A stretch of DNA of 61,008 nt, the filler included, from Acidimicrobiia bacterium (GTDB lineage: Bacteria > Actinomycetota > Acidimicrobiia > Spongiisociales > JAHEDJ01): assembly GCA_029210695.1 (NCBI GenBank). It is 4 parts of 4 records of this genome, joined end to end, with 100 filler letters (N's around TTAATTAATTAA, not from the genome) between each part and the next. Parts side by side here need not be neighbours in the genome. Positions count along the whole stretch, not along the records: positions 16,171 to 31,449 come from JARGFH010000075.1; positions 31,550 to 46,698 come from JARGFH010000076.1; 2 more parts are not named here. One strand, given 5' to 3'. Shown here one piece after another: positions 29,962 to 38,232 of this stretch; position 1 is the first letter of the stretch, and every line of letters starts with the position of its first letter. The position numbers and the translations under genes are program-made. Below the pieces are notes generated by a model, which saw only the letters and a list, made by a program, of their open reading frames with translations, had not been told where the DNA came from and searched no databases.

Positions 29962-31202
29962 GCCCGACACCGAGGGCGGCCGCGCTCCTCGCCATCATCG
30001 CCGCAGGCGCGCTGTTGATTCCCGGCCCGATCGCCGCCCTGGCCGCCGTTGCCGTCGGCGTTGCCGTTGTGATCGACGCCCGCCGCCTGCGCCGGGTCCC
30101 CACGATCCTGCGCACTTTTCCCAACATCCTGTCGCGCGGTGTCCCTGAAACGCTAACCATCCACGCAGAACCCGGTCCCGGCCGGATCCGGATCCGGCAG
30201 CCGGCCCCACCCGATCTCCTGCTCGAACCTCGCGAAGCCAACGATCGGTTGGTTTCGTCCGTCACCGCCAACCGCCGGGGCGAACACGAACTCCCCCAGC
30301 CTGCCGTTCGACTGGTCGGTCCTCTCGGCCTGGCAGCCGTCCACCATCGAACGGGACCGGCCGCGACGGTACAGGTCTATCCCGACATGCCGGCGGCGCG
30401 GCGCCTGGCCATCGCCGTCCGCCACGGCCGGCTCCAGGAGGAAGGAAAGCGTTCGCGCGGACCGCTCGGGCTCGGCACCGAGTTCGAGTCGATCAGGGAT
30501 TACCAACCCGACGACGACATCAGACAGGTGAACTGGCGAGCGTCCGCCAGGCTCGGCCGACCCATGAGCAATCAGTGGCGAGTCGAACAGGACCGCGAGG
30601 TGATGTGCGTCGTCGATGCCGGCCGGCTGATGGGCGCCCCGATCGCCGGACGTACCCGCCTCGACGCAGCCGTCGATGTGGTGGCGGCAATTGCCGCAGT
30701 TGCCGACGAGATCGGCGATCGGTGCGGCGTGATCGTCTTCGACGACGGAATCCGCCTCCATCTCAGACCTCGCCGCAACGGTGGGGCGGCGGTGGTCCGT
30801 GCCATCTACGACATCGAGCCCTCCCCGGCCGAGTCCGACTACGAACTGGCTTTCCGCACCATCGACTCCGGCAAACGAGCATTCGTCCTGGTGCTCACCG
30901 ACCTGATCGAACCGGCTGCCGCCCAACCGCTGGCCGAGGCCATCGCGATTATGGCCCGGCGGCACGCAATCGCGGTCGGGACGCCGCGCGATCCCGACAT
31001 CGACGCGGCGATTCGCACCGATCCGGCCGGCGTCCACGACCTCCACCGCACCACGGTTGCACTCGACATGCTCGATGCCCGGACGGGTGCCGTCACTGCA
31101 ATCCGCAGGGTCGGGGCAGACGTCATCGAGACACCGGTAGAGCAACTCAGTGCAGCGTGTGTGGGGGCGTACGTCAGAGCGAAGGCGCGGGCCCGGCTCT
31201 AG
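29958..31202 (+). CDS. DUF58 domain protein (MoxR partner)
   Basis: GTEFESIRDYQPDDDIRQVNWRASAR, VVDAGRLM. Confidence 0.92.
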   Translation: MSPTPRAAALLAIIAAGALLIPGPIAALAAVAVGVAVVIDARRLRRVPTILRTFPNILSRGVPETLTIHAEPGPGRIRIRQPAPPDLLLEPREANDRLVSSVTANRRGEHELPQPAVRLVGPLGLAAVHHRTGPAATVQVYPDMPAARRLAIAVRHGRLQEEGKRSRGPLGLGTEFESIRDYQPDDDIRQVNWRASARLGRPMSNQWRVEQDREVMCVVDAGRLMGAPIAGRTRLDAAVDVVAAIAAVADEIGDRCGVIVFDDGIRLHLRPRRNGGAAVVRAIYDIEPSPAESDYELAFRTIDSGKRAFVLVLTDLIEPAAAQPLAEAIAIMARRHAIAVGTPRDPDIDAAIRTDPAGVHDLHRTTVALDMLDARTGAVTAIRRVGADVIETPVEQLSAACVGAYVRAKARARL

Positions 31203-31258
31203 CCGGAGCAAGCAAGAGGCCGTGGGGTATGAGCCTTTGGTCATAGGCCATAGGGGCA

Positions 31259-31449
31259 GTCCGCCAGGACATCGTGCCTGTTGTGTAGCGCGTCTATGTC
31301 CGCCAGGAGATTGTTCCTATGCGTGGTGGTAGATGCTGGTGGGTTGGGGCGGGTGGAAGGGTTCGACGATGGGCTTGTTGATCGGGTAGGGCAGGCGTGC
31401 CAGGTCTTCTCCGCGATGTCGGAGTGTGAGCGTCTTGTCGCTGGTGGTG
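31259..31449 (-). mobile_element. Probable IS481-like right end with transposase C-terminal fragment (stop at 31317)
   Basis: Minus frame ...TLTLRHRGEDLARLPYPINKP...HHA*; subterminal direct repeats GTCCGCCAGGA at 31259 and 31298; contig end. Confidence 0.4.
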
Positions 31450-31549
31450 NNNNNNNNNNNNNNNNNNNNNNNNNNNNNNNNNNNNNNNNNNNNTTAATTA
31501 ATTAANNNNNNNNNNNNNNNNNNNNNNNNNNNNNNNNNNNNNNNNNNNN
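31450..31549. other. Artificial contig linker
   Basis: N-run + TTAATTAATTAA + N-run. Confidence 0.98.
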
Positions 31550-31621
31550 AGTAACCATCAGATTGGCAGAGCCCTCCTAATCAACCGGGAACCCCTACAC
31601 CCCGCTCAATTCCGAAGCGCC
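31550..31621 (-). mobile_element. ISL3-family IS end, immediately upstream of tadB
   Basis: Identical to 3-74. Confidence 0.8.
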
Positions 31622-31633
31622 CCTTTCAGGAGG

Positions 31634-32503
31634 GTGGTGACCATGGAACTCCTCCTCGCCGCCGGTGTAGGCGCCGCAGCCGGGTTCGGGATCTGGCTGG
31701 GGATCACCGCGTTGCGAGGCGTCCGGGTTGTGCCCGACACCGGGCGCCTGGTCCCTAAAGCGGTACCGCCGGAACGGGCTGCCTCATGGCTTGCCGCAGC
31801 ACTCCTCGTCGGCATGGTCGTCGGGCTGGTAACCGGCTGGCCGGTAGCCGGACTCGGCACCGCAATCGGCATGCTCGTAGGCCCGGCAGCATTAGGCGGC
31901 ACCAGCCGCCGTGGGAAGGAGACGGCTACCGCCGATGCCATCGCCACCTGGGCAGACATGATTAGGGACACCATGGCCGGAGCCTCCGGTCTCGAGGAGT
32001 CACTCATCCAAACCGCAGCCGTCGCTCCTGCCGCCATCAAACCCCAACTCGAGACCTTCGCCCACCGGCTCCGGCATCAGCCACTCGAAACCGCCCTCGA
32101 CGCTCTCGCTTCCGACCTGAACCACTCGTCCGCCGACCTGATCGTCGCCGCCCTGGCTGCTGCCGCCCGCCTCGAAGCGCGGGACCTCGGTGGGCTGCTG
32201 GCTCGCCTGGCCGAGGCCATCCGGGGAGACGTTCGCATGCGTACCCGCATCGAGATCGGCCGAGCACGGATCCGCACCTCCGCCCGGATCGCGGTCGCCA
32301 CCACCACCGCCACCGTCGTCTTCCTATACGTCTTCGCCCGGCACCTGCTCGAACCCTACGACACTGCCGCCGGCCAGGGCTGGCTGGTGGTGGTGATGGC
32401 CGTGTTCTTCGGTGCCGGGGCGATGCTTCACCACTACAGCCAACTCGAAGCACCCGAGCGCTTCACGCTCCGGCACATCTCACATCAGGAGCAGATCCGA
32501 TGA
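31634..32503 (+). CDS. tadB: Tad pilus platform protein TadB-like (T2SSF domain)
   Basis: AIATWADMIRD...GLEESL...DLIVAAL...LARLAEAIR T2SSF pattern; RBS AGGAGG. Confidence 0.85.
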   Translation: MVTMELLLAAGVGAAAGFGIWLGITALRGVRVVPDTGRLVPKAVPPERAASWLAAALLVGMVVGLVTGWPVAGLGTAIGMLVGPAALGGTSRRGKETATADAIATWADMIRDTMAGASGLEESLIQTAAVAPAAIKPQLETFAHRLRHQPLETALDALASDLNHSSADLIVAALAAAARLEARDLGGLLARLAEAIRGDVRMRTRIEIGRARIRTSARIAVATTTATVVFLYVFARHLLEPYDTAAGQGWLVVVMAVFFGAGAMLHHYSQLEAPERFTLRHISHQEQIR

Positions 32504-33420
32504 CGGCGCTGGCGGTGATGGTCGCAGGGGCGGGGATCGGGCTCGGTGTCTTCCTGGCCGCAAGGGCCGTGTTCCCTCGACCGGTGCCACTCCAGCGGGC
32601 ACTCGCGGACCTGAGTCGACCGCGCCCAACCCTCGTCGAGTCGGACACGACGTCGACGACGACGACGACGATAAGCAACCGGATCGGTCGGGCAACAATC
32701 AGCTTGTTCGAGGCAACCGGACTGGTCGACCTCGGAGGGCTCCGCCAGCGTCTCCGAGCTCTCGGCAAGCCAGTCGAAATACATGCCTACGAGAAGATGC
32801 TCGGCGGACTCGCAGGATTGTTCCTCCCCCTCGGCTTCGCCGCCATCCTCGCCGCCGGGGGAGTGACGGTGCCGGTCGGGTGGGTGGCTGTTCTGGCGGT
32901 CGGGTTGTGCATCGGTGGCTTCGTGTGGCCGGATCTCGGGTTGTCGGAGCGGATAGAACGTCGCCGCCGCGACTTCCGCCACTCCCTGTCCGCCTACCTG
33001 GACCTCGTCACCATCATCCTGGCCGGCGGGGGCGGACTCGAGACCGCCCTTCAAACTTCCGCCGACCTCGGAGATGGGTGGGCGTTCACCGAAATCCGAT
33101 CGGCCTTGCGCAAAGCTCGCCTCACCAACCACACCCCGTGGGAGGTCTTCGACCAACTCGGACAGGAGTTGGGTGTCGACGAACTGCGCGAACTCGCCGC
33201 ATCGGCTCACCTGGCTGGCGATCAGGGTGCCCGCATCCGGGCGTCTCTCGCCGCCAAAGCAGATTCCATGCGCAACAGTCAGACCGCCGCCATCGAAGCC
33301 CAAGCCGAAGCCGCCACCGAAAAGATGCTCCTGCCCGTCGTCACCCTGGTCGTCGGCATGATCCTCTTCATCGGCTTTGGCGTCGTCCAAGCGATCTCCA
33401 CGCCGGGGACAGTCCCATGA
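32500..33420 (+). CDS. tadC: Tad pilus platform protein TadC-like (T2SSF domain)
   Basis: LSAYLDLVTIILAGGGGLETAL...GARIRASLAAKADSMR...ATEKMLLP. Confidence 0.88.
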   Translation: MTALAVMVAGAGIGLGVFLAARAVFPRPVPLQRALADLSRPRPTLVESDTTSTTTTTISNRIGRATISLFEATGLVDLGGLRQRLRALGKPVEIHAYEKMLGGLAGLFLPLGFAAILAAGGVTVPVGWVAVLAVGLCIGGFVWPDLGLSERIERRRRDFRHSLSAYLDLVTIILAGGGGLETALQTSADLGDGWAFTEIRSALRKARLTNHTPWEVFDQLGQELGVDELRELAASAHLAGDQGARIRASLAAKADSMRNSQTAAIEAQAEAATEKMLLPVVTLVVGMILFIGFGVVQAISTPGTVP

Positions 33421-33486
33421 CACCTACGAAACGAATCCAGCACCCTCGGCGAGACCAAACGACCCGCTACGGAAGGAGCGACTGAT

Positions 33487-33699
33487 ATGACCGCCTACAT
33501 CGACTACACCCGCCTGCTGATCGAAGTTGGCCTCAGCAGACTGGGAGTCCAGGTCCGCGATGAGAGAGGAGCGATGTCAACCGAGGCAGCCGTCCTCACC
33601 GGAGTCCTCGTCACGATCGCCGTCGCCGCCGGAATCATCTTGATCGCCAAGATGCGATCCAACGCCGAAGCGATCCCCGACAACGTACCCACCCCCTGA
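33487..33699 (+). CDS. Flp-type major pilin
   Basis: RDERG|AMSTE prepilin motif followed by a hydrophobic helix; 70 aa; RBS AAGGAG. Confidence 0.8.
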   Translation: MTAYIDYTRLLIEVGLSRLGVQVRDERGAMSTEAAVLTGVLVTIAVAAGIILIAKMRSNAEAIPDNVPTP

Positions 33700-33719
33700 A
33701 AGGCAGTGGGGGAGAGGTC

Positions 33720-34166
33720 GTGAGAGCGCCGAACAGACGAGGAAAGGCCGAGGACGGCCTCACGTCCACCGAGCTGGCTGTGATCATGCCGGTGCTGATC
33801 GCGCTCGTCCTGGTCCCATTCCAGATCGCGTTGTGGTGGCACGCCGATCAGATCGCCGATGCCGCCGCCCGAGAGGCAGTCGACGCCGCCCAGGTCGTCA
33901 CCGCCACTGAAGAGGACGGGGTTCGAGCCGCCGAATGGTTTCTCGACGCCGCCGGCAACATCACCGAACCGCAGGTGACCGTCACCCGCACCACCGTCAC
34001 CGTCAGCGTCGAGGTGACCGGCAGGGCGCCCCGACTCCTCCCCGGATTCGACTGGCAGGTCACCGCCCGAGCAGCTGGTCCGATCGAACGCTTCATACCG
34101 GAAGACGAGCGGTTCGGGATTACTGAAGGGTTGGTCGGGTTGGACTCAGGGACTGGTGGTCGGTGA
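33720..34166 (+). CDS. TadE-like pseudopilin (last ~17 aa probably supplied by the inserted element)
   Basis: EDG|LTSTELAVIMP, AAAREAVDAA, GPIERF. Confidence 0.85.
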   Translation: MRAPNRRGKAEDGLTSTELAVIMPVLIALVLVPFQIALWWHADQIADAAAREAVDAAQVVTATEEDGVRAAEWFLDAAGNITEPQVTVTRTTVTVSVEVTGRAPRLLPGFDWQVTARAAGPIERFIPEDERFGITEGLVGLDSGTGGR

Positions 34167-34171
34167 TGCGG

Positions 34172-34597
34172 TTATGCGGACCCTTGGGTTGGAGAACTGG
34201 GGGCGGGTGGAATGCGCAGGAGCCGAATGATGCGCTCCAAGGTTTGAGGGTCGCCTTTCCAATGGGTCTCAAGTCGCTGATGCCCGGTGGCTTTGATCAG
34301 ATGTCGGATCACCCAGGCGACGATCAGGGCATCGTCGAGGTAGCCGAGGACAGGAATGAAGTCCGGTACGAGATCGAACGGCATCGCCAGGTAGGCGACG
34401 ACGAGGGCGGGGGCGATCTTGGCCCGGCGCGGCACAAGCGGGTCCCTCATGATGTCGCGGAGCAAGGCGAGGCAAAGGGGAATGAGGCGCGCCAGTTCGA
34501 TCAGCGCCGTGCGACTCCGTCGAGCCGTCAACGCGGCTGCGGTGACGGCGACGATGAGGACGCCGGCGGTGAGACCGATCCATCCCCACCAGCTCAT
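34172..34597 (-). CDS. YkvA/DUF1232 family membrane protein
   Basis: DPLVPRRAK...YLAMPFDLVPDFIPVLGYLDD. Confidence 0.9.
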   Translation of the reverse strand: MSWWGWIGLTAGVLIVAVTAAALTARRSRTALIELARLIPLCLALLRDIMRDPLVPRRAKIAPALVVAYLAMPFDLVPDFIPVLGYLDDALIVAWVIRHLIKATGHQRLETHWKGDPQTLERIIRLLRIPPAPSSPTQGSA

Positions 34598-34606
34598 GAG
34601 CCGATC

Positions 34607-36256
34607 CTAAACATGGGCCCTGAGTCCGGGAGGGTCGAGAACGCGGGCGTATCGCTCCGCGGTCTTGACGGTGACACCGAACAGGTCACTGATCCGTCGG
34701 ACGTCGCCGCTGGTGGCCAAAGCTTCGTCGAGGATCCGGTCTTGGCGGAGGGCGTCGGGGGAGAAGCCGAGGGCGAGGCCAACCCACCGGCTGCCGACCG
34801 GTCCAGTGCCGGTGGCCGTTCTGTGGTGGATGAACAGGTGCGGGTTAGCAGTATGGGGCCACCGGTCGTTGCGATAGTCGAGCCAGACGGCGAGTCGTGT
34901 CTTGACCGGCTCGGCGAGCGGAATCGTGCGGTCGGGGAGATGGAGTCGACCGTCACGAAGGTCGGTGAGCGCCAAGTCACGGATCTCTTTGGATCGGATG
35001 CCGTGGAAGGCGATGAGGCCGGCAAGCACCGCCCGACCGGGATCGGTAGAAGTGAAGGCTTCCCGTATCTGGTCGGGGTCCAGGGGGAGGGGCTGGTGCC
35101 GGTCGATGGTCCCTACATCGATGCGGCTGGTCGGGTTGGTGAAGATCGTCTTGTGGGCTTTGAGGGTGCCGAAGATGGATCGGAGGGCGTACCCGAGGGT
35201 GGCTCGAGGGTTTCCGCCGGCCGGGAGAGCCACTTCGACGTCTTGGCGGCTGATCTCTCGGAGGGACTGATGACCCTGGTAGGCCCATGCTTTGAGGGTG
35301 GGCAGCGCCCAGGCCAGACGGGTCTTGATGGTGATCGGCGACCGTGGCCGGCTACGGGGCGGTTGGGTGCTCCCGTTGGAGAGGACATCGAACCAGAGTT
35401 GGAGCTCGCTGACCATGGCTTCGGGAAGGTCGGCAACCTGTCGAGCGAACCAGGCTTCGATGGCGGGGGTGCGGTCGTCGTGGAGCATCTCCGCCGCGGC
35501 GAACAGATCGAGGCATTGGCTGACGGGCAGGCCGCGGGCGGTGAGGGCGGCCACGTCGGTGGCTCTGATCGTGTCAGCGGCAGGGTGGAGTCTGCACAGG
35601 GTTCTGATGCCGGCGAGGACTCGTTTGAGGGTGACCTTGCTCCATCCAAAACGAACGGCGCGGTCTCGGGAGATGCTCTCGAGGATTTCCAGCCTCGGAT
35701 CGGGCTGGTCGAACAGGTCGAGCTGCTGACGGAGGTGATGGGGGGTGGTGGTCGAAGACGAGGAGGTTGGTGGGCTGGCTGGTGCTGCTGGGGCGCGGTT
35801 GCGGGCTTGGCGGTGCATGTCGGCGAAGAAGAGCTGCTGTCCGCACCGGTTGGCGGCGACCGGGTCGAGTGGCTGTTGGGGTCGCCGTTGGTTGGCGGCC
35901 TGCCGCCAGCAGAGACGGCACAGACGGCGGGAGTCGACAGGACGCCAGCGGCTGCAGATCGTGCATGGACCCGGGATGGGATGCGACTTCCGCCAGTTTC
36001 GACAGCCGTAGCACACGCCCTGTTGCTGTCGGGCAACCCCCCAGGCGTGACAGTCCTCACACGATCCGGGCTGTTGCGGTGCGTACTGGTGGCAGCGGGC
36101 GCACAACCCGGCCGAGTAATAGTCGTCGACCGATCCGCACCGGCGGCAGGGAGGCTCTGGGAACGACCCTCCGGGCTGACAGGTGAAACAGAACTGGTGG
36201 CGTTTGGTGGCGACCGGCTTCACACCACATCCGGTGCATGCTCTAGGTCGGGTCAA
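34607..36256 (-). CDS. Cys-rich (8 CxxC) protein with degenerate tyrosine-recombinase C-terminal domain
   Basis: CTGC/CFTC/CRRC/CARC/CEDC/CYGC/CTIC/CRLC; HGIRSKEI, RTIPL, ALRQDR, LFGV, AERY. Confidence 0.75.
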   Translation of the reverse strand: MTRPRACTGCGVKPVATKRHQFCFTCQPGGSFPEPPCRRCGSVDDYYSAGLCARCHQYAPQQPGSCEDCHAWGVARQQQGVCYGCRNWRKSHPIPGPCTICSRWRPVDSRRLCRLCWRQAANQRRPQQPLDPVAANRCGQQLFFADMHRQARNRAPAAPASPPTSSSSTTTPHHLRQQLDLFDQPDPRLEILESISRDRAVRFGWSKVTLKRVLAGIRTLCRLHPAADTIRATDVAALTARGLPVSQCLDLFAAAEMLHDDRTPAIEAWFARQVADLPEAMVSELQLWFDVLSNGSTQPPRSRPRSPITIKTRLAWALPTLKAWAYQGHQSLREISRQDVEVALPAGGNPRATLGYALRSIFGTLKAHKTIFTNPTSRIDVGTIDRHQPLPLDPDQIREAFTSTDPGRAVLAGLIAFHGIRSKEIRDLALTDLRDGRLHLPDRTIPLAEPVKTRLAVWLDYRNDRWPHTANPHLFIHHRTATGTGPVGSRWVGLALGFSPDALRQDRILDEALATSGDVRRISDLFGVTVKTAERYARVLDPPGLRAHV

Positions 36257-36564
36257 GCCGGTGGCTTGGTCCGGTTCCGGCCGGGTCGGATCGGCGTTGT
36301 CCCCTGTTCGGCGGTGGCTGCCGTGGTGGGTTTGGTGGCTTCGACCTTGTCCGGTTCGGGGATCAGCAGATCATCCGGACCGCAGTCGAGCACATGGCAG
36401 AACACGTCGAGGTCGTCAAGGCGGATGGTGGTGGGTGTTCCCGTCCACAGCGCCGACATCTTCCCTGCGCTGATCTCCAGACCGGCATCTGCTAGTCGGC
36501 GTCGCATCTCGGTGGACTTCCAGATGCCCTCCTCGGCGGCCTTCATTCGCAGATTCCAACGCAT
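36253..36564 (-). CDS. Cro/Xre-type HTH protein
   Basis: MRWNLRMKAA...IRLDDLDVFCHVLDCGPDDLL. Confidence 0.85.
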   Translation of the reverse strand: MRWNLRMKAAEEGIWKSTEMRRRLADAGLEISAGKMSALWTGTPTTIRLDDLDVFCHVLDCGPDDLLIPEPDKVEATKPTTAATAEQGTTPIRPGRNRTKPPA

Positions 36565-36568
36565 GATC

Positions 36569-37663
36569 TCACCTCGTTTCCTCGCCAAACCGGGCAGCTA
36601 CCCGCTGGTTGGCAGCAGCCCAGGCTTGTTCGATGTGGTTGTCGTGAACATGGATGTATCGGGTGGTGGTGGACAGCCACTCGTGACCCAACAGCTCTTG
36701 GATGGCCTTGAGGTCCATGCCTCGCTCATAGAGAGACGAGGCGCAGAAATGACGGAGCCCGTGGGGTGTCAGCCGTCCACTCCAAGCGGGCAACCAACGT
36801 CCCACCGCATGAGCCAGTCCGGCTCGCAGCGCCTCGGGTCCTATCCGTCCGCATCGTGTCGTCAGCCGGTCCCGACGTTCGCTCGGGAGGAGAGGAGCGT
36901 CGGGGTCGTCCCAGTCGTCACCGAACTGGTGGCGCACATCGGTGAGCCACCACACCAGCAACTCATCAACCGAGTTGATAGCTGGGACCAGCCGGGTCTT
37001 CGGGCCCCGACCGTTGCTGCCCTTCCCGAATCGGACATGCAGTTTGCCGTGCTCGCCGAGGTCGGGACGCCAATCGCGGAGGTCGAGCATCACCGTTTCG
37101 CCGATCCGAAGCCCGCAGCGACGCCACAACGATGCAGCCAGATAGTCACGGGCGGCGGGCAGGAACTTCCTGGCGTCGGGCAGAACCTCCCGCCAGGCGA
37201 CGAAAAGCCCCTCCACCTCGTCGCTCGAGGGCGGGACTCGCGGCGAACCCCCGTAGTCGGCTTTGGCCGGCCGGTTGAACTCGTCGATCGGCTGGACCAC
37301 CACTGTGCCGGTGAGGGCGTGGATGTCGCCCTGGTAGCGGCCGACAACAAAGTCAAAGAAGCGGCCCAGAGTCCAGGCCTTTGCCTGCACCGTCGACTTG
37401 GCTTGCCCGCGGTCTCGCCGCAGCCACACCAGATACCGGTCCGCATCCTCAGGCGTGGCCGTCCACACCGGTCGGCCGAGGAAGCGAATGAACTCGAAAA
37501 CGATCGTGCGATCCACCGAAACGTGACGATCGGTCACACCCGCACCTGCGGCCGCCAGCGAGAACTGGTCGACAAGCTCCTGCTCGAAATCCTCAAGCTC
37601 CTGCGGCGACCGCAAGCTACGAGCCGTGCCCAACGACCGAACCACCGCCAACGACATCGCCAC
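36569..37663 (-). CDS. Tyrosine recombinase/integrase with intact catalytic residues
   Basis: GLRIGE, GKG..KTR, PHGLRH, LLGH, TTRY. Confidence 0.95.
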   Translation of the reverse strand: MAMSLAVVRSLGTARSLRSPQELEDFEQELVDQFSLAAAGAGVTDRHVSVDRTIVFEFIRFLGRPVWTATPEDADRYLVWLRRDRGQAKSTVQAKAWTLGRFFDFVVGRYQGDIHALTGTVVVQPIDEFNRPAKADYGGSPRVPPSSDEVEGLFVAWREVLPDARKFLPAARDYLAASLWRRCGLRIGETVMLDLRDWRPDLGEHGKLHVRFGKGSNGRGPKTRLVPAINSVDELLVWWLTDVRHQFGDDWDDPDAPLLPSERRDRLTTRCGRIGPEALRAGLAHAVGRWLPAWSGRLTPHGLRHFCASSLYERGMDLKAIQELLGHEWLSTTTRYIHVHDNHIEQAWAAANQRVAARFGEETR

Positions 37664-37842
37664 CTCACTTCACCCAGACCGACACACCGTCATGAATCCC
37701 GAAAAATAGCCGGGAATCCCGAAGGACTGTCGGATTTTCTCACGAGACGAAGGGTGGGCGACGGGCCTGTGAGTTGCCGCTTCCAGGGGGGAGACATGAG
37801 ATGAGAACTCAAAGCACTTCCTACAAATGCCGGAGCCAGCCC

Positions 37843-38232
37843 ATGAATGAGCGCGGAGCGGTCTCCACTTTCCTGGCAGTCATAGCTCTCGCCCTCCTGA
37901 TGGCTGCAGGGCTCGCCATCGACGGTGGCCGCAAGGTCAACGCCCTCAGAGAGGCAAGCCAATTGGCCGACAACGCTGCCCGGGCGGGCGCCCAAGGCGT
38001 CGACCTCGACACCCTTCGCACAACCGGCGACCTGACCCTCCAACCCGCCGATGCAGCCGATCGAGTCGACCAATACCTGACATCCCTGGGGCACACCGCA
38101 ACTGAGATCTCCGTGGTCGGCGACACCATCACCGTCACCGTCGAGCTCACCGTCGATCCCGTCCTCCTTCCCACCGGAGCGATCACCGTTACCGCTACGG
38201 AGACCGCAGCCGCCATCACCCAGGAGCCATGA
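37843..38232 (+). CDS. TadG/TadE-like pseudopilin
   Basis: ERG|AVSTF, GLAIDGG, ADNAARAGAQ. Confidence 0.85.
   Translation: MNERGAVSTFLAVIALALLMAAGLAIDGGRKVNALREASQLADNAARAGAQGVDLDTLRTTGDLTLQPADAADRVDQYLTSLGHTATEISVVGDTITVTVELTVDPVLLPTGAITVTATETAAAITQEP

Larger units (their letters stand above)
34113..37810 (-). mobile_element. Three-gene tyrosine-recombinase element with YkvA cargo, inserted in the tad operon (boundaries approximate)
   Basis: Four minus-strand genes interrupt the plus-strand tad operon; inverted motifs TTCGGGATTACTGA (34113) vs TCATGAATCCCGAA (37690) and AATCCCGAA (37715). Confidence 0.75.

Noticed and set aside
31202..31634. Functional link between the MoxR operon and the tad genes
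   Set aside because: They are on different contigs separated by an artificial linker
34163..37804. 1213-aa plus-strand ORF spanning almost exactly the recombinase element
   Set aside because: Antisense shadow: three of the four real minus-strand genes share its codon register, and high-GC genes rarely use TTA/CTA/TCA; no recognisable domains
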